From positions 22,940,001-23,004,000 of the forward strand of contig NC_047023.1 of assembly GCF_902652985.1 (NCBI RefSeq): a DNA stretch of 64,000 nucleotides. The letters are read 5' to 3'. The notes below the pieces were generated by a model. It was not told the origin of the DNA. It made no database searches and was given only the letters and a program-made list of their open reading frames with translations. Each line of letters starts with the position of its first letter. Position 1 is the stretch's first letter. Origin of the DNA: Pecten maximus. Lineage: Eukaryota. Positions 52,334-64,000 of the stretch are shown piece after piece. The translations under genes and the position numbers were made by a program.

Positions 52334-52629
52334 CTTAAAGACTGAATTTGATCGATAAGGTAAATGACATTAACGACTTTTATTGATATCCATTATAATT
52401 CTACACAATTTCTAACAAGAACATGTAGCTGTGGTTCCATGGCTCATTTCTTGTCATACTTGACATTAATAACACTTCCATATTGTTCTAGAACGTAGTG
52501 ACATTGAGTCATACACAAATTACGCCATGCCTTATCAGGGATTTCTCCTGTGAGTTGCTTGGTATGTAAGGTTGGAGGGTTATAAGTAAATCTATTTTAC
52601 AATGATTACGAAACAAGTTCCATTAATCA

Positions 52630-52810
52630 CTCTTGTTGGCCCGGATGGAAGCATTACGTCCTGTTTTACTGTGGGTGGAAACCGTGGAGTACTGGGGAGA
52701 AAACCCACGTGGCCAGGCAAGTGGTCCCGTAGCTTTTCACTTCCGGTCAGGGAATTGAACACAGACTGCTAAGTTAAAAGGGAATTTTGTCACTACTGTA
52801 TCGACCACCC
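52630..52810 (-). mobile_element. Old SINE with V-domain-like motif (different subfamily)
   Basis: Reverse complement contains a B-box-like gttcaattccc and gggttttctccccagtactccacggtttccaccc. Confidence 0.5.
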
Positions 52811-53290
52811 AAGGGTTGTAGGTGTAATGGTAAACTATGGTAAAACTTCTCTTGGGTGCACTTAGGTGTTCAGATCGAAATAGGATAGACGGAATATTCC
52901 TGATTAAGTGTCACAGACGTCTGAATCTCATCTATTGTAATGTGTATTCAATATGAAGCTAACGGCACTTAGCATATGCTTTATTTGGTTCGCTTCTCAT
53001 CAAAATTAGATACAATGCCAGATATGTCTATACAGATAGATTTGTAGCAGGTAAACTGATGTATATGATGGTGGCCATGCTTATAGTTCAATGCTGCTAT
53101 CAATCGATCGATACAGCAAATATATACCGACAACGTGAGGTTTGTTTGTTTTTTGGTTTGTTTTTTTTAATGTTCCGGTTTCTTCCCACATTAAGATAAC
53201 TTGTTCATAGATTGTAAGACAATAAAATGTAATGAAAATCAAATAAAAAATTTGAAATGTTAATAAAATCGAAATAAAATTTCTGTGTTA

Positions 53291-53510
53291 GAGGCCGCGG
53301 TGGCCGAGTGATTAAGGTGTCCCGACATGTTATGACTAGCCCTCCACCTCTAGGTTGCGAGTTCGAAACCCACGTGGGGCAGTTGCCTGGTACTGTCCGT
53401 AGGTCGGTGGTTTTTTCTCCGGGTACTCCGGCTTTCCTCCATCTCCAAAACCTGGCACTACCTTAAGATTAAATGACCCTGGCTGTTAAAAGGACGTAAC
53501 ATAAAATAAA
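53291..53510 (+). mobile_element. V-domain-like SINE, near full length
   Basis: Colinear with 8044-8267. Confidence 0.9.
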
Positions 53511-53867
53511 AAGTGTCCGTGTATCAACATCATTGTCACCAAGGGGAATTCAATGCAGACTCTGACCTGTACACCAGCTAAACCTACACCAAATTAACCT
53601 CATTATAGGGATAGCACACACGCCCGTTCTAATGTAAACGTTTACTCGACGGATTCTGAATTCTTATTTCCCGAACATCGCTTCCTTGTCAGATGAAGGT
53701 AAGAGAGCGTAGTCACCATAACGCAAGGAATAAAATTACAGTTCTGGTTGTGATTACAAAAAAGCCTGCTCACATTAATCTCGAGTGTGTAACTAAAATA
53801 TGACTCGTGCACCAGTGTGTAGTTGGAACAGAGATGTACACCATGCCATGTAGAGTACAGTACTTCT

Positions 53868-54071
53868 CAGATTAGAATTAATGAAGATTTCCCATTCCAA
53901 GTAAAGGAGGAGAGGAGGAAGTTGAGCCCGTTTTTTGCAGAAGCCAGAGAGAAAGGATCTAAAGTAGCAATGCGCTATGACAAGCTATTGATTGATGGGA
54001 AACTATACAGGTACAGCAGGGATTCGGACAACATTGTGCCAGTACAACGGTCAAATGTGCAGGATAAATAG
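53868..54071 (+). pseudogene. Truncated LINE ORF1 C-terminal domain
   Basis: IRINEDFPFQVKEERRKL...AREKG.KVAMRYDKLLIDGKLY is the typical C-terminus of invertebrate LINE ORF1 proteins; it begins exactly at the TSD. Confidence 0.85.
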
Positions 54072-57000
54072 CGGGGAGGCCAAGGTCCAAAGTGTGTAAA
54101 TAGTGCAGTACCAGCTACTTTTAACTCGGATAAAAACTGTTTGAAATGTATTGTGTGGAATATTGAAGGTTTATTATATAAACTCAAACATCATTTTCAT
54201 GAATTAAATGAAGTGGTAAAAGATACAGATATCTTTGCATTCACTGAAACATTTCAAAAGAAACCTAAGGAACTTAACAATGCCTTTAAGGGGTGTATTG
54301 CTTTTGAAAATATGAGAAAACTTAATCTGAATAAAGCATCTGGAGGTGTGGCTGTATTTATCAAATCCGAACTTGAACCATTTGTGACGCAAATAAAGCC
54401 TGAGAAATATGATGAAATGATATGGTTAAAGATCGACTTAAACAGAACTGGTGCAACTTCGAACATTATTATTGGGTTTGTTTATTTACCACCTGAAGGT
54501 TCAGTGTTCTATTATGATAAACAAAGTGATAGTGGTATAACAATGCTTGAAACTGCCATTAACGATATGAAGAGTGAATTTAGTGGTTATGATGTTGTAG
54601 TAGCTGGTGACTTAAATGCCAGATCAGGTACCCTAAGAGACTTTATTATTGATGATGATACAGACTATATTCCTGGTCTAGAGTATGCATATACAGACAC
54701 ACAAAATGTGCGTACAATCCGTAACAATACTGACTCACATCTAAATAACTTTGGGTATGAACTAGTTGAAATGTGTGCTGTACATAATATGTTGATCGCA
54801 AATGGGAGAATCCCTCCTGACAACGAAGGAAATCTTACATATATCAGTGGCACGAGTGGTAGTCAGATAGATTATGTGCTTGCGGATGGGTCATTGTTTA
54901 GGCATATTGAAAAATTAGATGTATTGTCTTGTGACATTTCTAAGCACTTCCCTGTATGTTTTGAGATAAAAATTGCAGACAGTCCTCTAGATAATGACCC
55001 ATCTACAGACACTGGTAGTACTGTATACAACAAATTTAAGTGGAAACCTGAAAATTCAGTTACCTTCTCATTAGAAGTAAATAGCGATGAATTTAAAGAG
55101 AGGTTTAACAGTGTATTGCTAGGCAATGATACAGATGTAGATACCCTGACTTGTGAAATCACCGAATTACTTTGGGATGTGGGTACTAAAGCCAAAATGA
55201 AATGTTCGAAGGTTAAGCCTACTGTCCGAAATGCCTTGTGGTTCGACAAAGAGTGCGAGGAATTAAAACATAGAAAGTGTACACTTTTAAATGACTTTCG
55301 AAAGACTAATAGTCCGGAATTCCTTGAAAAGTACATCAATGCCAAAAAATCATATCAATCTATGTGCCAGAGTAAACGCAAAGACTACAATGCAACACTT
55401 GAAAGTGAGCTTATAACATCTGCAAGTAACAAAAACTCTTGTGTTTTCTGGAATAAAATAAAGTGTATTCTCAAACGAGGGAACTTTGTCACTAACAATA
55501 TCAACCCAAGTGATTGGAGAAATTATTTTAAAGATCTTCTGAATCCAGTAGGTCAATCTGTTGAAGATGAATTCACCACGAGTGTGTCAGACTTTCTATG
55601 TGAGCATAATCAACACTGTGAGACGTGTGTTGCCTCCAACTTAAATTCACCACTTAATGACAATATAACGGATGGTGAAGTAACGGCCGCAGTCAGAAGT
55701 CTGAAAAACAGTAAATCACCCGGTGAGGATGCCATTCCTGGAGAATTCTACAAAAGAACTCTACATGTAGGTATGAGCAAATTACTTTGTAAACTTTTCA
55801 ATCTTATCCTTAGTAATGGCAAAGTCCCAAAAGCTTGGTACACAGGTATCATTATTCCGTTATTTAAAAAAGGCGATGTCAATAACACTGGCAACTACAG
55901 AGGAATATCATTATTATCAGTGATGAGTAAAATATTTACAAAAATTGTATGTGCACGTCTAACTAACTGGACAGCAAGGAACAATATTCTACCGGAAGAG
56001 CAGGCCGGTTTCCGCAAAGGTTACTCAACAGTGGACCAAATATTCAATCTACAATCTTTAGTACAGAAATACCTTTCTAAAAAAGGAAATAAGTTTTATT
56101 GTGCATTTGTAGATTTTGCCAAAGCATTTGACTGTGTCGACCAAAATAAATTATTCTATGCAATGATACACAACAATCTACATGGACGGATATTATCTGT
56201 GCTACATGACATGTACTCGAATGTTAAGGCTGAAGTTAAACTGTCTGACGGCTCGTTATCACATCCATTTGATTGTAGTTCTGGAGTGAGGCAAGGATGT
56301 ATTTTAAATCCACTACTATTTGCCATTTATATTAACGAACTTTCACACATGCTAAATGAGGAATTTGAGTATCGTACAGGGATCTGTGTATCAGATGTGT
56401 TCCGAAACTTAACCCACCTGCTATTCGCAGATGACTTAGTACTGATAAGTGATACGGTTATTGGTCTACAGAGAAAACTTGACATTCTGGCAAAATACTG
56501 CAAGAAGTGGAATATGAAGGTCAACTTGGATAAAACCAATGTGATTGTGTTTAAAAATGGTGGACATCTCTCAGCATCTGAAAAGTGGTTTTATAATGGT
56601 AACACCATCACAAATGTTAGTTACTATAAATATCTAGGGCTTCTCTTCTCGTGTCGTCTGAAATGGAGTAAAGCATGTAAAACGCTTGCCCAACAAGCGT
56701 CCAAGGCATTAAATATGGTAAAAAGTTGTCTCGTGAAACTTGGTAGAAGAGATCCCAAGGTGGCATTCAAACTATTTGATTCCATGATTTCTCCGATCCT
56801 ATTCTATGGAGCTGAAATATGGGGAACTGAATACCAAAAGGACATAGAAGCTGTCCATCAAAGATTCTGTAAATGGATCCTATGTACTGGTATCAACACC
56901 AATAATAATATAGCCATTGGAGAGTGTGGACGTCACGAGTTGTGTGTGAAGTACATGTGTAAACCTATTAAGTACTTATTGCGTCTATTCAAAATGGACC

Positions 57001-57620
57001 AAAATCGTCTCCCTAAACAATGTTATATGATGCTCCACAACCTGGATCAACATGGGAAAACTACATGGTGCACCAAAATCAAACACCTCCTTTTTAGCAA
57101 TGGTTTTGGATTAGTGTGGCAATTCCAATATGTAGGTGATGTCAAAACATTTATGGAGTTGTTCAGGCGTCGACTCTGTGACATCAATTTACAAAAATGG
57201 TCAGAATACATTCATAACTCGTCAAAGTGTGATTTTTACTGCAAAATCAAACCATATATTATGACAGAGCAATATTTAAGTAACATGTCGTTCACCTTAA
57301 GGTATGCCCTTGCCAATCTTCGCTGCTCCACACACAGACTAGAAATTGATCTAGGTAGGAAAATAGGCATTCCACGTGAGGAGAGGCTGTGCAAAATCTG
57401 TAATTCTAAGGAGGTGGAGGATGAACTTCATTTTATGTTGAAGTGCCCAATACTGAGGGATATACGAGTTGCATTCATTCCCCGTTGGTGCTATGTAAAC
57501 CCTTCCCTAGGTAACTTGGTGAAATTACTCGGGTCAGATGATAACTTAATATTGAGAAATGTTGCAATCTTTATTAAGAAGGCAAATGATGTAAAATATG
57601 AAATATTAACCATGACATAA
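54072..57620 (+). CDS. LINE ORF2: APE endonuclease + reverse transcriptase + C-terminal Cys/His motif
   Basis: EN motifs WNIEGL, TET, GDLNAR, IDY, SKH; RT motifs YRGISLL, EQAGFR, FVDFAKAFD, GVRQGC, LLFADD; C-terminal CKIC...HFMLKC. The frame is open from the ORF1 stop; the first ATG is only at 54312. Confidence 0.95.
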   Translation, partial: RGGQGPKCVNSAVPATFNSDKNCLKCIVWNIEGLLYKLKHHFHELNEVVKDTDIFAFTETFQKKPKELNNAFKGCIAFENMRKLNLNKASGGVAVFIKSELEPFVTQIKPEKYDEMIWLKIDLNRTGATSNIIIGFVYLPPEGSVFYYDKQSDSGITMLETAINDMKSEFSGYDVVVAGDLNARSGTLRDFIIDDDTDYIPGLEYAYTDTQNVRTIRNNTDSHLNNFGYELVEMCAVHNMLIANGRIPPDNEGNLTYISGTSGSQIDYVLADGSLFRHIEKLDVLSCDISKHFPVCFEIKIADSPLDNDPSTDTGSTVYNKFKWKPENSVTFSLEVNSDEFKERFNSVLLGNDTDVDTLTCEITELLWDVGTKAKMKCSKVKPTVRNALWFDKECEELKHRKCTLLNDFRKTNSPEFLEKYINAKKSYQSMCQSKRKDYNATLESELITSASNKNSCVFWNKIKCILKRGNFVTNNINPSDWRNYFKDLLNPVGQSVEDEFTTSVSDFLCEHNQHCETCVASNLNSPLNDNITDGEVTAAVRSLKNSKSPGEDAIPGEFYKRTLHVGMSKLLCKLFNLILSNGKVPKAWYTGIIIPLFKKGDVNNTGNYRGISLLSVMSKIFTKIVCARLTNWTARNNILPEEQAGFRKGYSTVDQIFNLQSLVQKYLSKKGNKFYCAFVDFAKAFDCVDQNKLFYAMIHNNLHGRILSVLHDMYSNVKAEVKLSDGSLSHPFDCSSGVRQGCILNPLLFAIYINELSHMLNEEFEYRTGICVSDVFRNLTHLLFADDLVLISDTVIGLQRKLDILAKYCKKWNMKVNLDKTNVIVFKNGGHLSASEKWFYNGNTITNVSYYKYLGLLFSCRLKWSKACKTLAQQASKALNMVKSCLVKLGRRDPKVAFKLFDSMISPILFYGAEIWGTEYQKDIEAVHQRFCKWILCTGINTNNNIAIGECGRHELCVKYMCKPIKYLLRLFKMDQNRLPKQCYMMLHNLDQHGKTTWCTKIKHLLFSNGFGLVWQFQYVGDVKTFMELFRRRLCDINLQKWSEYIHNSSKCDFYCKIKPYIMTEQYLSNMSFTLRYALANLRCSTHRLEIDLGRKIGIPREERLCKICNSKEVEDELHFMLKCPILRDIRVAFIPRWCYVNPSLGNLVKLLGSDDNLILRNVAIFIKKANDVKYEILTMT

Positions 57621-57929
57621 TAGTCCTCAGACATTATGCCAGTAAAATAACTAATTCTGGAATTACTCATGATCAATTACAACAAACATTTAACTTAATA
57701 TGACATTTTAAGAGACAGAAGTCAATATCCATTTGTGAAACCAGAATAGTCTATAGATAGCATGAATTAACTGAAGTACAGTGTAATTCCAAGATGAAAT
57801 GAAATATTGAGCATTGGAAAATGTAATTATATCATATTACAATTGTATATATATTTTATGTGATGTCAAAAATGTATTGTATATTGAAATGGTACTGTGG
57901 GCTGGAGGCCTGTAATGTGCAAATAAAAC

Positions 57930-57968
<39 letters not shown>

Positions 57969-58001
57969 AGTACTTCTAAATGTAGAGTACAGCTTAAATG
58001 C

Positions 58002-59150
58002 CTAATACACAAAAAGCTAACTAGCAAGATTGGGTTTGTAGACTAAAATATGACTAATACACAAAAAGCTAACTAGCGAGATTAGCTATGTACACTTTAA
58101 AATGACTTAGTAATACACAAGAGCTAACAACCTTTGTAAACTTTAAAATGACTAATACAAAAAAAATAGCAAAATTACCTTTGTACACTTTTATATGACT
58201 AATTCGCAAAAGCTAACTAGCAAGATTATCTATGTACATTTTAAAATGACTAATTCACGGAGGAGCTCCGCAAGCGGGAGCATGATACGCCCGTCACTAG
58301 AAAAGCTACCACAGGAAACTGTAGCGTCGTTTCAGGGCGTATAAAACCCCTTATATATGTTGAACATAATTGCTTCTTGTTGCAGTGAACAAAATCTTAG
58401 AGGAATTGAATAAGAAATAGAAAATTTCTTGCATTTTCTACACAATGCCAATATTTGGCAATAAAGGGGGCATGACTCTGGCAAAAATAATCACGAAATT
58501 CCGTAATACGAACTTGTTCGAGCTATTGTGGTGTAGAATATTTGTAGCAAGGTTCATATAAATCTGTTGATAAATAAAGTTTATGGAGTGCTAACAAATA
58601 ATTGTTGATGAATGAGCTTTACCTCAGCAAATGTACAATGCTCAAGGTAACCATGTACACTTTATGATAACTAATACACAAAAATCTAATTAGAGAAATT
58701 ACCTATGTACACTTTAAAATTATTAATACACAAAAAACTAGTTAGCAAGATAAGCTATGTACACTTTAAAATGACTAATACACAAAAATCTAATTAGAGA
58801 AATTACCTATGTACACTTTAAAATTATAATTACACAAAAAACTAATTAGCAAGATTAGCTATGTACACTTTAAAATGACTAATACAAAAAGTTCAATTAG
58901 CAAGATTATCTTTGTGCTCTTTAAAATATTTAATACACCAAAAAAATTAAGTAGCAAGATTAGCCATGTACACTTTAAATGACTAATACACAAAAAGCTA
59001 AGTAGCAAGATAAGCTTTGTACACTTACAAATGTATAATACACAAAAAAAAAGCTAAGTAGCAAGATTAGCTTAATGCGCTTTACAATGACTAATATTCA
59101 AGAAGGTGACCAGCAAAATTAATTTTTAGAACAATGAAAAATGACTAATG
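58002..59150. repeat. Degenerate ~52-bp tandem repeat interrupted by an unrelated ~380-bp insertion (~58260-58640)
   Basis: gactaatacacaaaaagctaactagcaagattagctatgtacactttaaaat-like units on both sides of a non-repetitive block. Confidence 0.85.
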
Positions 59151-61280
59151 TGCGCAAAACGGACAACTGAATAATACGAAACACTAACCTGACTAGAACA
59201 AGCATCAAAAACATTACTACTGTGAACATTCAACTGACTAGTGTACTTAGAGATGACACGTGCACCTAAAATGACTAGAAAATAACTCACATAGCCTGAT
59301 TAGAACATTAAAAATACACAGGAGACCTGTGTGGTCGAGATCCCCCACAAACCAAATCTCAAGGGGCAGAAGATGTCACAACACTGTTCTAAATTATTCA
59401 CAAGAACAAATTACTGACATCTACAATTTGAAAGGTATGGCTGCACAAAGGGATACACATCCAACGATTGACATGGGTATTCCTAGGCAGTATCGATTGC
59501 TGTCGAGTTAGTACTACACTGTGGCCATTGTAGGTAGGAAGGTTCGAGTACCTGGGCCAAGTACTAGTATTTGGCGCCATGTGTTGTAACCAGTCCCGGA
59601 TACGGTTTATTTATGCAATTAAACGTGTAACAAAAATTATAATTTGATTGTTAAATCAGTCAACTTTTCCCCGTATCCAACTCCTAAAATTTGATTTTGT
59701 TTTGGTTTTTTATTTTATTTTTTTTTATTTTTTTTTTTTCGTGTGACAACGATGGAGGTCAGACAGGTGGCCAGGTTCTTAAAATGTGCTCAAATGAGAA
59801 ATAAAATGGAAGTGAGAAATTCTTCCAAGACTTATTCAAACTTATGTACAATTGATGTCAGATGAAACAGAGGTTAGTAACTAAGGAGAATATATCTACT
59901 TAAACAACTTTTAAAAAGCCCAACTTATACCTATACCATAAAAAAGAAGGCTTAGACCATGTAAATATCACATGCTATTGTATTATATATATATTGTATG
60001 CCTTGTCATAGATAAAATATAGTCTGTCAAAGTTTCGTTTGGCAAACAGATATGAATGGGTCAATGTGATGAATAGAATTTAATGATTTAATACATTGGT
60101 CCAACTGTCTATATTAATATACGATAGAAGCATATAAATTATTCATATATCTATACAGAGTATGATTTGTATATAGCTCCCATCACCAGTTTCCTATAAC
60201 GAACATGCTAAATCGATCTCATATCTGTTACACACCTGTGTCACTCTCTCATAATTGGATGGTTTAGACGTTGAAAATAACGCGTAATTGATACTTAAGA
60301 TAATTATCTCGTATATTCGATTTACTGAGTAATTGTTCCTATCAATTTGATTCGTTTTTAATAACAATGCATACTTATATACTTACCTGTATAAAGCTGG
60401 GAATGTTTCATTGTGGAATTGTTTGCGCTTTGATACACACGACGTGTTATAGAAGTGTTAGATAGTTGTGCTGGCTACCATTCCTAAGCTGCACGCTGTA
60501 CAGTCTATGTTGGTCCTACTGCTGCGGAATGATACACAAATGGATAAAAGGGATATGGCAATCACTAAAAATACAATAGGTAAGTGATGATAAGAATAAA
60601 ATGTGTTAAAACAATAGGAAATTTATTATTGTCATACATTGTAAACAACACCATTGTATGTTGTACCAAGTTAACAATGTGTTTTAAATATAGACACAAA
60701 ATATACTTTCAAAATACTTCATTTCTTGTATTGTCTTATATGGTGACCTAGAAATATATCATATATTACTTTTATTACGTAAAATAGACATCTTGTGATA
60801 CAATATATCACTTTTGTTAAAATAGTAGCGATATTTTGTGATACATCACAATATCAGAATTTACGTTTGTTACATAAAAGTGACATATGGTGAAACATTT
60901 TAATATTACATTTGTTATTTGTGACACCTAGTAATATGCGATACGTAATACTAGTACATGTTTTGTGGAATTTCGATATCGTATATTACAGTATGATAAT
61001 ACGAGTGTTTCACTTAGGCGACATGTCAATGTATTGTAATATTTTATATCTAGATTACAGAAGGAAAATACATATTGTAAAATATTGCAATATTCCGATT
61101 ATCGCACTTTTTACCATTCAGTAATACAAGTAAATAATCTTTAGATTTTACTATAGTCTTTATATTTTACCCGATAACATGAACATAACATCGTTACTTG
61201 TAACGTTGCTCTTAATTGACTAATAGAGCTGCGTAATAATTTTTCAGAGGAAAGAGTCCATTCAAGAGAGTTGAAAATAG

Positions 61281-61511
61281 GGCCCGTATTCATGAAACCA
61301 TGCTTAAGCATGAGATTTGTGCTTCATCCAACTCGCTTAAAACATAAAAGAAACACCTAAACGTTAAAAATAATAACTCAACTGAACTCTTTCCAAAATT
61401 CCTTCAGGTAAACTAAAGACCAATTAATATGTCAAATTTACCACCAAACGTATTTAAGTCTGAAAACAACATTCCTATTTTAGCACGAAGACGGTTTCAT
61501 GAATACGAGCC
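61281..61511. mobile_element. PIF/Harbinger-like MITE
   Basis: 19-bp TIRs ggcccgtattcatgaaacc ... ggtttcatgaatacgagcc, flanked by tag/cag. Confidence 0.8.
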
Positions 61512-61624
61512 CCAGATATGAAATTAAAGCTAGATCTGTTCACGTTATAGACCATAACAAAGCAATTAAACAAATAAACAGTTACTGTCTTGACCTTTGA
61601 TGTAGACTACACTCGTTATTGTGA

Positions 61625-61800
61625 GGATGGGTGTGATAGGATGTGTGTATGAGAGGGTACTTGTGTGTGAGAGAGAGAGGGGGTGTGTATGAGAGGGTAC
61701 TTGTGTGTGAGAGAGAGGAGGGGGTGTGTATGAGAGGATGTGTCTTTGAGAGGGTGTATGTGCATGCGATGAAGCGTGTGTATGGAAGGGTGTGTGTGCG
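61625..61800. repeat. GT/GA-rich low-complexity repeat
   Basis: gtgtgtatgagagggtacttgtgtgtgagagaga units. Confidence 0.8.
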
Positions 61801-63218
61801 CACTCTTTGTCGACATTGTGGAAGTAATTCGAATCCACTTTCATATTGTAGATAGAAGTGATAAAAATCGAAGCAACTCTAATATCACAGGAGCCATACA
61901 TGGACTTGAAGTCACAAAGAGAAACTACTTGTATCGTTGTTATGGGATTTAATTTTTGTGGAGACAATGGTTGATGAAGTCATTCCTGACGGCAATGATT
62001 GATCAATCAGTTGTGTTAAAGATCGTCTGAAAATGACATCCTCCAATGTATTGGTTGTTACTAATACTTCTACTTCAGCCCCCTTCACTGACCAGGTTGC
62101 AATAACTTGGGACGATGCTACGTGGATTCTTACAAGTTCTTTCATCATATTCACCATGCAGTCGGGTAAGTATGGGTGGTCACCCCTCACAGTTCCAGGA
62201 TACTTTTAAAATGTCAGGAATTGTGTGACCCTCTTCAGGAAAAGTGACAAACACCACATATAGCCACATTTCAGCTCTTTTCCCAGTTTACCTCATATTT
62301 TTATTTTTCACAAAGTTAATATAGGAGAATTAAAGGTATACATATCCAAGCTTCAAAATACATCATGTTGGAAAATATTGCATTTTTTTTAAATACAAAG
62401 GTAGATAATTGTTCTTTTAGAATGTATGCAATGATATATATGAACATATGCTGAAGGAGAAAGATAATTACAAGTACAATGACATCATTTATTGGTCCAT
62501 GTTAATTTGTTTTTTTTTCGTGAGGTCTTAATGAGGGAGTTCTGAAGATACCGTGGTGAATATGAGTTAGCGTGGTGATATGTATACAGTATATACAGAA
62601 ACTGTTGGGTTTTTTTTTCAATATGATACACTTTTAATAAAAAGCTAAAATATGATCGTTGGTAAAAAATCATAAATATGTATTTTTAAGTTTAGAGTGA
62701 AACTGAAAATAGTCTGATTATTCCTACGCAAAATACAAAATGAACATGGTGATGTTTGTCTCTTTTATACATCTGTTACTGATCACCACTTTCCCTGATG
62801 GACAACGACGACAGTGCGATGACAATGCTAGATATTTAAAAGAATGAAATCACTTGGGATATAAAAAAAACAGTGGGGTAAAAGAAGGGCAAACAATAAA
62901 CAAAATATATCATGAAGATCGTTGAAGACCAGGTGATCCGGAAGAGTAAGCGTGTCCTGATTTCTACGTCAAATCCATGTAACGTCACGTTGATGAACGT
63001 TAATAATTAAAGCTGATATTATGATGATTAACTCATTAAATGGCCCATCCTGTCGGAGAGACATACCCTCAAACCCTTAATAAATCAAATGCTCATATCC
63101 ATACTCCGTGCATTTTCATGTCAGTGGAATGTGTTAAGGTGTGGCATTGCAGTGTGGTGACACTAAGAAATAAAAGCGATCATCAGTGTTGCCAATGTTC
63201 GTTTTCATGTGATCCATC

Positions 63219-63510
63219 CTCCTCGATAGCTCAGTTAGAGTGCCATCCACGTAACCTCAGGTGATGATCCGAAGTGCGTGGTTCGACTCTCCCTCTCCGT
63301 GCCGAATGTGTTTCTCAGAACGGGCCGGTCTGTGCTGTCGTGGTTGTGTCCTTGGCCAAGACACTTTACCCCAATTGCTCAGGGTGGCATGTGACGGGTA
63401 TCCCGTATATATTGTTCAGTGTGGTACTCACCAACTACTACAATGGGACCTCGCTTCAAGATGACAATGGCTGTTCGTGGGGCGATAAACCTAGCATACA
63501 AACAAACAAA
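63219..63510 (+). mobile_element. tRNA-derived CORE-type SINE
   Basis: A box tagctcagtt, B box ggttcgactc, CORE-like tgtgtccttggccaagacactttacc, (AAAC)n tail. Confidence 0.8.
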
Positions 63511-64000
63511 TGTACCAGTTATGAGGACACGGACTTATAAATAAAACACGTATATATATTGTTTATCATAACAATCTTGACGACCAAGGATATACTACAG
63601 GGCAGTATATGCTTCTTGTTCTGTAAGATATTGGACTGGTATACGATTGATCTGACCTCGGATTAAACATGGTTTACTCCATCAAAAACATAAAGATATA
63701 AATGATGGGTTAATAAGCAATCTAATTCAAATCTAGATGGTCATTCTCAGCACGTTACATTAGGTTATGTATATTATCAACCAATATAATTAGAATATAG
63801 ATGCTCATTCTCACCACGCTACATGAACATCTTACGACTTCGCATAAGTGGTCATGTCAGGATGACCTTTTGGATTAACCAATCAAATTACTATTTACAC
63901 AATCTTGGAATTGAATTTCGTATGTGCGATATAGCATGACTAGAGTGCATAGCTTGCATAATCAACCTGTTTCAAGTAATTACGTCCAACGAAGCATATA

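Larger units (their letters stand above)
53868..57965 (+). mobile_element. 5'-truncated non-LTR retrotransposon (RTE-X-like), recent insertion
   Basis: TSD tacagtacttct at 53856-53867 and 57966-57977; ORF1 C-terminus, intact ORF2, 3' UTR, aataaa and an (ATT)12 tail. Confidence 0.95.

Noticed and set aside
61912-62190. 92-aa minus-strand ORF in a moderately GC-rich patch (similarly 20996-21214)
   Set aside because: No recognisable motif or splice structure; cannot be supported without a search.

Overview
AT-rich, repeat-dense eukaryotic genomic DNA. The SINE, LINE and MITE repertoire and the protostome-type Toll receptors suggest a bivalve mollusc (inference). Three host genes are supported, all on the minus strand. 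Two are tandem, intronless, 715-aa Toll-like receptors (13033-15180 and 16760-18907) with an atypical TIR domain and a patchwork of identical and diverged tracts. The third is a predicted two-exon gene: TATA + Inr + an exon whose only coding content is the ATG (35816-35864), spliced to a single 1.94-kb coding exon (30975-32918). Its ~648-aa product has a central region that aligns by eye, strand by strand, with the prokaryotic MfnB/DUF556 (4-HFC-P synthase) TIM barrel, but with an altered active site. Other notable items are an 8-unit tandem array of minimal type I hammerhead ribozyme motifs (10006-10418) and a young, TSD-flanked RTE-X-like LINE (53868-57965). In that LINE, ORF1 and an intact ORF2 lacking an upstream AUG are in the same frame, separated by one UAG. 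The remainder is tRNA-derived SINEs, degraded LINE and Penelope-like fragments, MITEs and minisatellites, including a 4.7-kb 44-bp satellite. All homology calls come from recalled motifs, not database searches.
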